The notes beneath the pieces were generated by a model, which was not told the DNA's origin, made no database searches, and was given only the letters and a program-made list of their open reading frames with translations. From Saprolegnia diclina VS20 (Eukaryota), in NCBI RefSeq assembly GCF_000281045.1, contig NW_008246068.1, positions 394,859-458,858 of the forward strand: a DNA stretch of 64,000 nt, written 5' to 3'. Made by a program: the position numbers and the translations under genes. Shown piece after piece: positions 49,294 to 61,935 of this stretch (position 1 is its first letter; every line of letters starts with the position of its first letter).

Positions 49294-49436
49294 TGGAAAT
49301 ACCCATTTATTAAAAACCTTTGCTGGAGCGCGCTATGCATACAAACACCAAGTCAAATGGCATCCGAATTAAACATTGCAAATTAGTGCAGTTTGGAGCT
49401 AGAATGATGGTCGAGGTGCATTTCGGAAACTGGCGG

Positions 49437-51045
49437 ATGAGGCGACGGGGCGTGGACCGGCGAGCGCTGGCCTCAACGCTCTGTAGCCGCGAGGTAACTG
49501 GGGCGCCGGGCCGGCGCCAGCTCGAGGGCGACGTGACGCAGCTCATGCTGGCGGCGCTGCAGTGCCCCCGCGACAATGTCTTTTTCTGCCAGCAGGACGA
49601 CGACCTGCAGCCCGTGCCACCGTTCCACATTGCGTTCAGCCAAGAAAAGATGGATGGCACGCTCCTCGCCGTGGCGGACGAAGAAGGCTGCTTGAGCTTC
49701 TACGCAACGCACGACCGGAAGGCGCTCTCGACGCACCACCAAGCGCACGAACATGGTACCGACATGCTCGCGTTCCTGAGGGCGCTCAGCAATTACTCAT
49801 GTAGCGCCGCCCCTCGCCCGCATCGCTGCGCACGAAAATGCGATCTTTGACATGATCTGGTGCAACCGCGATGCGTACATCGCGACCGCGTCCGGGGACC
49901 AGCAGATTGGCATCTGGGACGTCGAAACTGGCGCGCACGTCTACCACCTGGCCGGCCACACGATGAGCGTCAAGTGCATCCGCCAGCACCCACTGCACCC
50001 GAGCGTCTTTGCCTCTGGCTCGCGCGACGGCAACGTCTTTCTATGGGACATTCGCCTCCCGCCGCCGCCACCGCTCGTTCCAGGCCCGGTCGTGCGGCGG
50101 ACGGTCCGCCCTTTCACGGGCTGTGCGCGCTGCCACGACTACGAGGTGCCGTCGACCGACAAGCGCAAGAAGCGCCGCGTCTCGGTCGCCAACACGCAGC
50201 GCAGCGTCACATGCATCGAGTTTACGGGCGACGGGCACCAGATGATCTCGGCCGGCGCTGTCGACGGGTACCTACATACCCCATCACAAACTACCTCTTC
50301 ATCCTGCGCTGTAGCCAAGTCAAGTTTTGGGACATCCGCCACCTCTTCCCGCCGTCTGCGTCGACGCCGCCCAAGATACCCCACCATGTTCGGTCGCTCG
50401 CCTGCCATGCGCCCAGTGGGCGGCGCTACGGCATCTCGTCGCTGTCGCTCGACCACACGCGGACAAAGCTGCTCGTGAGCGCTGCGAGCAATGAAATTCT
50501 CCTCTACGACCTCCTCTCGCATGCGGACGCGCCGGTCGCCAAGTACCATGGCCACCGCAACAGCTCGTTTTACGGTACCACCAAGTTTTCTCTAGGAGGA
50601 GTCTTAGCCTCTATCTCTAGTCAAGTCGACGTTTAGCCCGACGTCGCAGTACATTGTGAGCGGGTCCGTGGACCAGCGCGTGTACCTCTGGGACATAGCC
50701 AAGCCCGGGCTGCCCGCGCGCGTGCTCCACGGCCACGAAGGCGAAGTGAGCAGCGTCGCTTGGTGCAAGACGGACACGACCAAGCTCGCATCGTGCTCAG
50801 ACGATGGCACGGTGCGGATCTGGACGATGCCGCCGCCGACGCGCCGGCCCGACGCGACGCCGTGTGGGCGCGGATGCGCGGTCGGCTTCTCCACCGCGTA
50901 CGAAGCCCCATCAGCGATCGAGTTGCCGCCAGTAGTCGCCGACGACACGGCCTCGGACGAGACCGAGACGACGCCAGCGCCGTCGCCTGTTGTGGCACCG
51001 CCCGCCCCGCGCCCGCCACTGACGCTCCATCACTTTTGGCGATGA
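49437..51045 (+). CDS. DTL: Denticleless/CDT2-like WD40 protein (CRL4 substrate receptor), 3 introns
   Basis: Family-typical motifs: PVPPF, LAVADEEG, AHENAIFDMIW, ATASGDQ, GHTMSVK, FASGSRDG, YGISSL, NSSFY|VKSTFSP, LHGHEGEVSSVAW, LASCSDDGTVRIW. Confidence 0.88.
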
Positions 51046-51187
51046 ATGCATCCACTGCCGTATTTACTACGCCCGTGCAACTTGTGGTTTGGCTTGCGCC
51101 GAGAGATGCACGCAAGGATGGATCGCATGGGTTGCCTTAGTCCTCGTCGAGACACGAGCATGCACGAGACATAGAGGAAGGGACGCG

Positions 51188-52361
51188 TTACTGGAGCGCT
51201 AGCAAGCTGTCTTCGATGGTGCGAGACGGCGTCGCGTCCTTGATCTGGGAGGGCTTCTCCTTGGGCATGATCGGGTACGACGCGTCCGTCGCGATACCGC
51301 ACTGGTTGTTCTTGTTGCGCGACATGAGGATGTAGCCTTGCATGCCCCAGCCCTCGCCCCACGAGTTCTTGACGAGCCAAAAGTCCTTGCCCTTGTAGTT
51401 GCCGTAGCCGGCGACGGCCACGCCGTGGTCGAGCTCGTCGTCCTTGTTCTTGCAGAGCGGCCACGAGAAGACGCCGTGGCGGTACAGCTGGAACATGAAG
51501 CTCGACGCGTCAATGGCCACCGAGATGACACCCGAGCTCGAGGCCGCCGTCTTGAGCGCGTCCTCGTCACCCGACGTAACGTTGGCGTACGCCGTAAAGT
51601 GGCCGATCGCTTGGTCGTCCTTGGCGTGGCACACGCCCTTGGACTCCATCGTGTACGGGTACACCGACTCGGGGTCGATCTTGCCGCCATGGTTCTCGAT
51701 GATCTCAGTGAAGCCGTGGCTCATCTCGCCACCACGGTTGCACGTAGCGGTACCGCCGTCGCAGCAGTCGACGAGCTCTTGCTCCGAGAACGACTCGAGC
51801 TTTCCCGTGGTAAGCGCGTAAACGCTCTCCATGGACGCGACGGCCGAGAAAGCCCAGCACGACCCGCACATACCCTGGTTCTTGACAGGCGTAACAACGT
51901 TGTGCTCGCGCCAGTCCCAAGCCTCGGGCGCGAATTCATCCGCCGTGTGCGTAAACTTGGCGAGGCCACGCTTGCCCGTGCGCTTGTAGCCCAGGCGGCT
52001 CTTGTACTCCTCGTCCGTCAAATCGGCCAGCTCTACAACACCCCTGCATGAGGCCATGGTCCATCGCCGCAGCACGCGCCATACCGTTCAAGCCGAGCGT
52101 GAACGTCACTTCGCCCGCGTCGTAGCGCTCGTTGTGCTCCTCGATGCGGCGGAGGTTGGTGCGGAAGGCCTTGAAGCGCTTGGCGAGGAGCGGGTGGTCG
52201 TCGCCGTGGACGCGGTACGGCTTCTCATACTCAGCCATGTACTGCACGAAGGCCGTCATGTCCTTGACAGCGGCCATCTCATGGAGGTCATGCGAGCTGC
52301 CACGGACGCTCGTCCAGGCGGCCGCCACCAGCGCCGAGGCAAGGAACGCGACTGTCTTCAT
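51188..52361 (-). CDS. Secreted papain-family (C1A) cathepsin L-like cysteine protease
   Basis: Signal peptide MKTVAFLASALVAAAW; I29 prodomain (RFKAFRTN..IEEHN, LGLN|ELADLTDEEY); catalytic QGMCGSCWAFS, LDHGV, WLVKNSWG. Intron 52033-52084. Confidence 0.95.
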
Positions 52362-52969
52362 TCTGCTCAAATCTTCAACTGACCTGCGTGAAGATCCCCA
52401 GGCCAGCGTGGGATCTTTTTCAATTCGAGCCGCGGGGTTGGCTAAAATGCAGCTGACAGTCGGCGCCATTGGCTAGATGCCCGAATAAGCGTACGTTTTT
52501 AGCCAATAAAAACGGTCGCGTCGTCACCCCACATTCCTTCTCTGTGACCTCATCAGGTTGAAGATCAAATAATTGCTGGTACGAGCCAATAAGAACGCAC
52601 CATTTAAACATACGGCCATCCAATTGGCCAAAATGTGCAAGCCATATCTTTAGGATGCTCACCTGGGAGCCAGTTGCTTGGCACGTGCCACGGTATCGAG
52701 AAGGCAGGAGCTCGAAGGACCTTTGCATGCTGCTGCACATATAAGTATTAAGGATAAAGGCAATGAACGAAGAGCAAGGTGCTCTCTTGCCAGAAGTGAT
52801 CTCTGAGAGATACATTATAAGCGTACTTTAACGAGACCAAGCAACATGAGTGGATCATTGGCAATCGCACTTTAAGAAATATATGAAACTACATATTTCC
52901 CAATCGCACTTCAACAAGACACTCGTACTTTAGAGAGTCGAAAGGCTCTGTCGTGGCCACTTTGCGGCC

Positions 52970-53440
52970 ATGCTTGTCGGGCGCACTTGGAGAGTTGTCG
53001 CGCAGTCGGCAAGTCGCAAGCCATTGCAGATCGCGTCGCGTAGCATGTCGTCCGAAGCAGACAAGGCCCGCGCGGCCGCCGAGCCCAAGCCGAACGAGCT
53101 GACGATCTTCGACAAGATCATCAACAAGGAGATCCCGGCCAACATCATCTTTGAGAACGACAAGGTCCTCGCCTTCCGCGACATTAGCCCGCAAGCGCCG
53201 ACGCACGTCCTGGTCATCCCCAAGGTCCGCGCCGGCCTCACGCGCCTCATTCGCGCCGAAGAGAGCCACAAGGAAATCCTCGGCGAGCTGCTCTACACGG
53301 CGTCGGTCGTCGCGCGCAATGAGAACCTCGAAGACGGCTACCGCATCGTCATCAACGACGGCAAGAACGGGTGCCAGTCCGTGTACCACTTGCACCTGCA
53401 CATTATTGGCGGCCGCCCGCTCGGCTGGCCCCCGGGGTAA
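52970..53440 (+). CDS. HINT: Histidine triad nucleotide-binding protein (HINT family), probable mitochondrial presequence
   Basis: TIFDKII.KEIPA, AFRDISPQAPTHVLVIPK, GCQSVYHLHLHIIGGR.LGWPPG; Arg/Ser-rich N-terminus lacking acidic residues. Confidence 0.95.
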   Translation: MLVGRTWRVVAQSASRKPLQIASRSMSSEADKARAAAEPKPNELTIFDKIINKEIPANIIFENDKVLAFRDISPQAPTHVLVIPKVRAGLTRLIRAEESHKEILGELLYTASVVARNENLEDGYRIVINDGKNGCQSVYHLHLHIIGGRPLGWPPG

Positions 53441-54076
53441 GCCATTTCGTACTACGTGGTGCACGCACACAGCTCGATTCGGCCATGTAGCATGGCTCTC
53501 TCCGCCTTGTAGGCCCTTGTACACACCACCTCAAACAGGGTTAATCTGGTGCCAGTAGTATCAACGTATCGCACAGTCACATCGATACTCGTCTTGCTTG
53601 ATCCGTGCAGTTCATACTGCCATCGCCAGGCTAGCTCAAGTGAAAGGGCTCCAGCACCAACCCAACATATATAGGTAGTCATCGCGCCCATCGAGCGCTC
53701 TGCTACAGCGCAGCCTCTTGGCGTGAGCCGCCGAAAGAAACGAGTGCTCGTGGGCTGGCTAAGAGCTTGGCTGAGTACTCGGCCCTTGGTGTGCTCGAGT
53801 AGTTGGCGTGGTCGCTCCACATCACGCAGCAAGGAGTTCGACGCGCGTGCGGCAACAGTTGGCATACCAGCGCGGGGTTGCTACGCCTGCAATGTAGTAC
53901 TGCTACACTGGCCTACGGTGCCATTAGCTTCTGCAGCGGTGGCGCCATGTAACTCATCCGCCAACGTCGTCGATACCGGCAAGATGGCGACGTCGATTGG
54001 TCCGCAAACAAACGGTCCGTCGTTTTTTGGTTCAGCGCGCGTGTCGCACGCCACATTGCCTTTTGCACAACGAAGC

Positions 54077-54631
54077 ATGGTGCTCGTGCTCCGCGACGAG
54101 TGCTCGCTCGTGCTCGCGTGGCTCGTCGAGGGCCTCTGCCTCCTCCCCGCGCTCGCACTCACGTCGGCCGAGAACGCGGTCATCGTCTTTGGCGTCTTTG
54201 CGCTCGCGTCGGGCGCCGGGCTCCTCCTCAGCTTCTCGTCGACCTGCCGCCACCGGCGCGCGTGCCAGTTTCTCCATGCGGGCTATATTGCCTACATCTT
54301 TTACACGCTGCAGCTGCTCTTCGTCACGGTCGTTGGCATGAGCATCTACAACTTTCTGCTGCCGTTTGACGCGGGCGCCGAGTTCCGCTTCTACTGCGCA
54401 GAGCTCCACCTGGACAAGAACCTCTCGGGCACGTCGTGCGCGCAGCTTCAAGGCCGCTTGGCGCTTGCGCTCGTCGTCTTGACGCTCGACGCGTGCGTCG
54501 GCGTGCTCATGCTCGTGCTCGGGCAGCGCATTGCGCAGAAGCAGCACATTGAGTACACGCGCGTCCAGAAGGAGATTGAGAAGGCCAACCAGTCGCCGAG
54601 CCGGAACAGCTTGCTCGGTCACCACGTGTAA
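54077..54631 (+). CDS. Hypothetical membrane protein with about 4 TM helices
   Basis: ATG at 54077 (MVLVLRDEC...). Four hydrophobic stretches, a Cys pair in the loop (FYCAE...TSCAQ) and a charged C-terminal tail. Confidence 0.7.
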   Translation: MVLVLRDECSLVLAWLVEGLCLLPALALTSAENAVIVFGVFALASGAGLLLSFSSTCRHRRACQFLHAGYIAYIFYTLQLLFVTVVGMSIYNFLLPFDAGAEFRFYCAELHLDKNLSGTSCAQLQGRLALALVVLTLDACVGVLMLVLGQRIAQKQHIEYTRVQKEIEKANQSPSRNSLLGHHV

Positions 54632-54875
54632 CTCGGTTGTATTCCATAGACGCTTTTTCCATCATTTCCCAACGTCGACACTCTGCTCGGCAGCACTAAC
54701 AGCGATGGACACGGGACAGGATAAAGGAGCTCTAGTACGAGGATATGGGCGATGGGCGCGGCGCAGAAGAGTCCAAGGACGCGGGCAGACGCGGAGGATC
54801 GCGAGGCAACGCACGACGAGACGTGTCTTCTATTGTCGAGTTGCTTGGCTACAAAATATCAAAACAGAAAGCGCC

Positions 54876-55451
54876 TCAAGCGCGGTAGCGGCGGATAATA
54901 CGAGCCACGCGGGGCGTGACCATGAGCGTGACAGCGAAGCGCAGCGGCTCGGTAAACTTGGTCGCGACCCAAGCGATCAAGAACGCACTCGTCTTCGAGT
55001 TGACCTCGGGGATGTCGAGGTACTGACCAAGGCCAATGGCGTTGGTCCAATCCATCATGCGGTTCGTCGCCGTGAGAATGTTGAGCGACGACTCGTCGTC
55101 GGGCGAGGCCGCGTCGCCCTCCTTGCGCGGAACTTCCTTCTTCGTCGAGAGGACGCCCGTTTCGATCGCCGCGTACATGGAGCCGAGAACAATGCCATAG
55201 ATCGTCAAGTACGTGCCCACGGCCACAAGGCCATACTGCTTCCAGAGGTCCTTGAAGCGGCCAAAGCTGGTCGGCTTGGCGACGGCGCTGGGCTTGATGG
55301 CGCTGCCACTGCTGCAAAAGCGGAGAATTGGGTTCGCAAAGTGCATTGGGCGCGCCAAGGCCATGGGTGCAGACGTCTTCCAAGCATGCAGCGGCCGGGC
55401 ATGGACGGCGCCGGCGCGGGCCACGCGGGGCACGAGTCGCGTCACAAACAT
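54876..55451 (-). CDS. FAM210/DUF1279-family mitochondrial membrane protein
   Basis: Presequence-like N-terminus; FKDLWKQYGLVAVGTYLTI and FLIAWVATKFTEPLRFAVTLMVTP. Confidence 0.85.
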   Translation of the reverse strand: MFVTRLVPRVARAGAVHARPLHAWKTSAPMALARPMHFANPILRFCSSGSAIKPSAVAKPTSFGRFKDLWKQYGLVAVGTYLTIYGIVLGSMYAAIETGVLSTKKEVPRKEGDAASPDDESSLNILTATNRMMDWTNAIGLGQYLDIPEVNSKTSAFLIAWVATKFTEPLRFAVTLMVTPRVARIIRRYRA

Positions 55452-56604
55452 GGGCAGAATACTGGACTGGACGAAAACCACAAAAACGAACGCCGATGAT
55501 GTCGAAAAAGGCAACCAATCATCGATGTCCAAGTCAGTAATATGCACCAATCACACGCGTTTCTTTTGTATCTTGAACTAGTGTTAGCGAATCTTGCATT
55601 GCTGCCATCGCCACAACCGTTGCCCCCCACACACACCACCCTACCTTTGCGCGCGGTGATATCTACAGTCGAGCATGCACCGAGCGTGTAGACGCTGTGG
55701 CGCATTCTCAACGAGGACAGTCCATCCTTGTGTGCAGACACGCAGAGAAAGTTCAATATACACTATATTAAACGCATACTATTTCAAAATACGGCTAGAA
55801 ACACCCACCCACGTGATCGCCGTGGCTTTGGCAACGCGTGCATGGGATTATGACAAGCCCACAGAGACTATTGAAGAGCGCTGTGCTCGTCTTTGAGCTT
55901 GAATCACGCAAATGGCCAGTGCTGGATTTTGCCGACCGAGTATCTTGCCTTCAACTGAGACCAAGATGTCGAGCGACCAAGCTGCTACCTTGGCACAAGA
56001 TATGCTGAGTCTGCAGCACAACAGAGAACGCCCTATATGCTGATCTCTACGTCGCGACATTGGGGCCGACGTTACCGAGCGCGACAGCGTTGGGCCGCTT
56101 TCAACGGGCACAAGACCACGTGCAGTGCAGTGCTTTACACAGTGTGAACCCAAATGCGGGGAACCCACCATGAGTGGTGACGGAGCAAGCTGCGCTTGAT
56201 CTATTGCTCGCGACAAGCCTGTTACATCCACGGTGCTCGTGCACCCACTCATCTCGCCGGCCCAGCTCACACTGCCAAGGTACTACCGTGCACGAGAGGC
56301 CTCGTCGACGCAAAGCGTTGACCGGTGGTCCTCGCATTGTGCTTGGGATTGCCTATGAAATGGGTGCGCCATACAAGGTGCAAGTTGGCGCTGACGTGTA
56401 GCGAGCAGGTGCGAGCGCTCGACCATATGGGTTTCTAAAATCGGTGGCCAACGCCAGAGCCAGAGAAAACCGAGCAGCGAGAAGACAGCCACGAGGAAGA
56501 AATGCAAGACGCTCGATTACCAAGAGGTTGTTAACGGCGCGATGCAAAGTACATGTAGTGCGCGCGGCACTGCACGCGTGGTGCTTGTCGTGGGGGCGTG
56601 CGAG

Positions 56605-56946
56605 TCAATACGAAATGACGTCGCCGCTGTAAAACATGGTGCGCTGAGGTATATCGCGCGGGCTCGAGACGCGGCGCGCATGGGCGCGGCGCTTGCGCTC
56701 GTTGATCGCGCGCGGATCAAACTTGGGCACGCAGATAACGTAGACGTCGCCGTCCACGTCCGAATCGGTCTCGGAAGCGTCGTCATCGTCGTTGGGTGGG
56801 AGGCTGCGCAGTATCTTGGCCGTCGCCTTGCAGTCGCTCGTGCAGTAGACGCGGTCGTCGTAGGACATGTAGGATGCGGCGCAGTGCGGGCAGCGCGAGA
56901 GGCGGCGGCTGAACGAGGCGCGAAGAGGATCCGTGGAGACAGCCAT
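56605..56946 (-). CDS. Small C4 zinc-finger protein (FLZ/Ecl1-like motif)
   Basis: CPHC-x12-CTSDC (CPHCAASYMSYDDRVYCTSDC) followed by an acidic tract; coding-like codon usage. Confidence 0.6.
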   Translation of the reverse strand: MAVSTDPLRASFSRRLSRCPHCAASYMSYDDRVYCTSDCKATAKILRSLPPNDDDDASETDSDVDGDVYVICVPKFDPRAINERKRRAHARRVSSPRDIPQRTMFYSGDVISY

Positions 56947-57587
56947 TGCACGGTCTTAGCTGTCGAGCATGCTCGAAAGTTGGAAAATGACCACTCCGAT
57001 ATTTCCGTATTTTTTCTTTTTTCAGAGGATTTGCATGTCCACATCCCCTCTCCCACGCTCGACCCGTGAGGGCCAACAGCCGGCCACGCAAATAGTGTAA
57101 CTACCAACCCCGGGCACTTGTTCGGCCTGTCGCCGCGCCGTGCGCCGAGTCCTCAAGGTTCGCATGCACCTTCGCTTGCAGAGGCCTCTGCGTCAACGGC
57201 AGCGTCAACGGCAGCGGCGCGACACTGGTCCGTCAAAGATCGTGTTGGGAATTCGCTGCGACAAAAGCTGATCGAAGAAACAGCACGCGGCCGAGCACGC
57301 GCGACGCGCGCGGCTGTCACCAAGCGCGCTCGCAGTAAAGAGTAGCAGCCACGGACCGACAGCACGACGCTGTGAGTAGCGTCCCAGGTCGCGCCCATCA
57401 CGTAGCATCTACACTATTTGCGCTGGATACACTATTGCGGGAACATGCAGCGACGGCTCCCGGAACTCGGATATTCCACCGGTTGCTGGTTGCCACATTG
57501 AAATTTTGATATGAGAGGCAAACTTGGGATGTGAGCTACTCCTACGTACTAGTAGTAGACGGACGGTGGTCGTATGCGGGATGGGCT

Positions 57588-58453
57588 CTACGGCGCGTAC
57601 TCGCGCGTGGCCACGGGGAACGTCATCTCCACGATGCCTTCGATGCCGGCCGTCACCACCTACGCAACGCAGCTTCATGGCATGTCGATCAAGAGCGCGT
57701 ACGTTGCCCGGCTCGACGGGACCGACGCCTTCCGGTGTGCCCGTGATGATCATATCGCCTTCCTCCAGCGTCATGATGCGGCTAGTAGGAGGCAGCGATG
57801 TGTGGGCCCACACCAACACTCACAAAGCCCACCTGATGTGGGACAGGAGGAACGGGATCTTGTGCACCATTTCGCCCGTGTTGACGCGCTGGCGCTCGAC
57901 GCCATCGACCTTGAGCCAGATCTCCACGTCGTGCGGCGACGGAATCGAGGACGTCGGGACAAAGTCGCTGATCGGCAAGAAGGTGTCGAAGCATTTGGCC
58001 GGCGTCCACGGCAAACCGCCCGCCTTGGCCTTGCTCTACGCAGTCACACGATAGATCAAAGAGAGATACGAGTGCACGCTTGGTACCTGCAGGTCGCGCG
58101 CTGTCATGTCGATCGCCACGACGTACCCTGCGACGTGCTTCTCCCAGTCCTCCTCACGAATGTCCTTGCCACCCTTGCCAATCACGACACCGAGTTCGAC
58201 TTCGTGGTGCACCGACCCAATGTGCGCCGGGAGCTCGATCGACTCGCCAGCGCGGGCATAGCACGTCGTCGGCTTGAGGAAGATGACGGGCTCCTTGGGC
58301 GCATGCGTCGCGCCCATTTCGCGGGCGTGGGCCTCGTAGTTCTTGCCAATGCCCACGACCTTCTTGCTAGAGATGCCACGTCATATACTTTGTGTTGGCG
58401 TCGCCGTCATAGTACCCGACGCGGATCAGCGTGTTGCCGAGGAACTTGGCCAT
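57588..58453 (-). CDS. FAHD1: Fumarylacetoacetate hydrolase family protein (FAHD1-like acylpyruvase), 4 introns
   Basis: [70 protein letters not shown]. Confidence 0.92.
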
Positions 58454-58703
58454 CGCTCGTTTTCAGAAATGGCCTCTTTGTTAGGCAACAAGGCTTTACG
58501 GAGTCGGCCGCATTGGCTATGTGCACGCAACGTTCCATATGAATACGTCAAGATGATGCAGGTATCTGCTGTACAATTGTGTGTTTCTAGTCATGACCAC
58601 ATGGTCTAGCGGCACTCCTGTTATAACACTTGCCCGATTTTCTCCGGATACCACGAAATATCAGCGATTCCCAAAATACCGAGATTGCATCTTTGGCGCC
58701 ACG

Positions 58704-61639
58704 ATGCCATCGCCGCCACCGCTGTCGCGTCGCATGACTGCGATGACGGGCACGCAAGGCGACCACCTTCACGAGACCCAGCGGCGACCGCTTCGATCGT
58801 CCGCTTCGTGCATCCTCCTGCGCGAGGTCGACGTGCCAAAGAAACAGAAGAAGCCTCGGACTGCGTCGTCGGCCTTTCTGGGCCTCGACATGAAGCTCGT
58901 CGACTTGTGTCGGTCCAACGACGCACTGCGCCGGCGCGTTGCGCACCTCTTTATGACACACGGCGAGTACGCCGACTCGGACGCGGGCGACGACGACGAC
59001 CTCGAGCTCGTGCCTGGCCGCGCTACCGTGGTCAAACGTAGCAATGAAAATGAGATCCTCGCCTTGCTCCACAAGCAGAATGCGCAAGGTCTCGGCGCAA
59101 GTGGCACCGCACTCCACCCGAGCATTCAACGCGCCAAGAGCGACGTGGCGCTGCCAATCGCGATCGACGATGACGTGGCGAAAGCTGTGCAGCACGATAT
59201 GATCATGACGGTTCCGTCGGTACATCATCGTCATTGCCATTAGTTTAGCCAAAAGGGCAAATGATTCGCAGGTAGCGTGGACAGCCAAGTTTGAAGACGC
59301 CTACATGCGTTTCAAGCGCGGGCGTCCAAAAGCCAAGCTCAACTCGGTCCAGGTCTTTCGCTCGTACTTGATGACGCCCGAGTTCCGCGCGCTACATGCA
59401 ATGACGTACGGCGCCACGCGCTTTCACGAAGACACGACAGGCACATTTGCAAACGACGAGACCGACCACCCGCTTCACCACGGGCTTCAAAAACGGTTTG
59501 ACAATTTGATGGACTCGACGAATCTCATGACGAGAGTAGACTTAGCAAACTCACGCCGCCGATGCGCTCCTCCTTGGAGCTATCGCTCTCAAACCACATG
59601 CTAGAAAACTTTGACCACCTTCTCGACATGTATACGTCGGCGCGCCGGGACTTTCTCGCACAAATGACACAGTGCGGGAAACGCCAGCGCCACGCGGCGC
59701 GGCAGCTCAAAGAGGCCAAGCAGCGCCTCGAGTCGCGCCGCGCCGACGTCAAGAAGGACGTTGCCAAAACACGTGCGATGCTCGGACACCGCGTCATCGC
59801 CGCCCGTCTCCATACGCCGCGGGACCCCGCGCACATTGAAGGCAGTGACAAGCACGCTGTGACGATGATTGTGTCCGCCTCCAAGCGCGCCGCCGCCAAG
59901 TCGTGGAAAAAGATCAAGGAGGCAGAAAAGTGCAATGTCGCGAGGAGCCTCCAGCTCTCGATCGAGTACGCCAAGACAACAACGATCGAAGGCGGCGGCC
60001 TTCCGACGCGCGCCCTCTGCCTCAAGTACTCGCTATCGAATGACGTATTTCCATGATCAATGGGAGCTAGGCAGCAGCGCGCACTCACACACCACATCGT
60101 GTACATCCAGCGCTTGTACCGCGGGCACATGGCGCGCCGCTACGTCTACTCGCTCAAGTGGCTCTTCTTCATGTGGCGCCACCTCTTTTTTCCGTCCACG
60201 GTGCTCCCAAAGGACTCGGTGTACGGCTTTATGCACATTGACGACTTTGAAGCGAGTTTCGAGTACTTTTACTACCAGTCGTACGGCCTACGAGAAATGA
60301 GATGTTGACGCTAAGTTTGTCATGCGCAGGAACGCCGAGCGCGTCTATATGGCGGGCTTTGCGCTCACCGTGCCGCCGTCCCGCCTCGGCGGACAGTTTG
60401 TCGAGTACCATCGTTTCAAGCGGTAGACAGATACAATTGTCGATTGTCTGGGATAGATCGTCGTAGGTACTGGCTGCGCTTCATGTATCGCGCGTCTGGG
60501 CCCGCCGACATGGTGCGCTTTGTGCAGTTTGTGCGCAACCGCGAAGCCATTATCCACTCGATTGAGATCCAGGTAGACTGCCACGTCATCACATTGCACT
60601 TCAAGGTCGTACACACCCGGATGCTATAACGTTATCGTAGAGACAAGAGCACAGCGAGGCGCGCACCTCGACGCTGAGCTACCTGACGCAGATTGACGAC
60701 TTCAAGAAACTCAACTACACCAAGCGCCGCGACGACCACGCGCACCTCAAGTACCGCACCGACTTGGCGGTACAAACCGACGAACACCGGTCGCTGACGC
60801 TGCGTGCACGGCGCGCGCTGCTCCCGTCCTATCAACAACGCGCAAAAGGCTGGGCGCTCCTCCGCCACATTGTCACGGGCAACGCGGCGCGAAGCTTCAA
60901 AGTCCATTCGTTTCGCGGTGTCGTCGTCCAAGTCGCCGAGGTCGAGGGTCTCACGCAACATAAGAATATGCTGCTCGACTTGCCCGCACCCGCCGAGTCG
61001 TTGTCGCCAGTGCGCCGCGTCGCCCGGCGGCGCGCCAGCGTCGTCTCGTCCGTCTTCGACGTCGACCCTGCAGTGCTTGACGCTGCTCTGGGCTCGCGTC
61101 ATCCGGGTCCGAGCAACCGATTTGAGCGGCATCTGAAGCGCCTGGGCATACTCGCCAACGACGCGGTAGTGCTCTGCGGCTACTACACGGCCGTGGGTCT
61201 CAACGACATTGGCGATGATGCGCCGCCACCGCTTTGCGTGTCGCGGCTGGGGCGCATGAAGCATCTGCACGGCTGCACGAGCATTCCCGACCTCCTAACC
61301 AAGCAGGGCGAGCGCCACGCGGGGTTTGCGCACCTGTTTACGGCGTTTGAAGCCGCTTGCGCCGCCGACGTGCCCGAGAACGTCGCGGTCTTGGCGAGCT
61401 TGAAGAGCTACTTGAACGACTCGATGGAGCTTTTAACGTTTGTGCGGCAGCAGCTCGCGGCGCTGCGCCCGCCAAAGCCTGTCGTGGGGGCCGCGATGAT
61501 TGCGCTGCAGCGAACCAAGCGCATCGAGTGCTACAACAAGCTCCTCGAGCAGTTGGACACAAATGTCCGCGCCGTGCTCGACAGCATGGACCGCACCAAC
61601 GCCAACGACGACGACGAAGACGACTCGATTACCGCGTGA
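58704..61639 (+). CDS. Hypothetical protein with coiled coil and one IQ motif, 6 introns
   Basis: ORFs 58581, 59305, 59562, 60060, 60444 and 60764 join in frame through GT-AG introns (first 59220-59271). IQ motif IVYIQRLYRGHMARR. Confidence 0.7.
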
Positions 61640-61872
61640 CGCGCGCGACACGACGCAGAGGAATTAAGAAATTCATCCGCCGGGTTGTCTATGGTCGCCT
61701 TTTTCCGAGACAAGTGCTGACGCCAGAGACGCGCCAAGGGCAATTTGATCTCCAAAGATGCGCAGATCTGCGTGGTGTTGTCCAACGCGAGTGTACGTCG
61801 CGCGTCAGAATCATCACATCACTGTCGTCGAGCGACCAGCAATGTCGTATGGTCGTTAGCTATGTACGCTAC

Positions 61873-61935
61873 AAGGCTAAAGCTGAGCTCTAGAAGCTCT
61901 GAAGCTGCTCTAGCTGCTAGCTTGAGCTGCTTCCA
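61873..61935. repeat. Low-complexity AGCT-rich tract
   Basis: aaggctaaagctgagctctagaagctctgaagctgctctagctgctagcttgagctgc contains repeated AGCT units. Confidence 0.5.

Noticed and set aside
53723..54076. N-terminal extension of the 4-TM protein in the ORF track
   Set aside because: Begins at a non-ATG codon and looks non-coding; ATG at 54077 marks the start of coding-like sequence.
55560..56600. Short ORFs in this spacer and in 61640-62500 and 62860-63540
   Set aside because: No codon bias or motifs; treated as non-coding.
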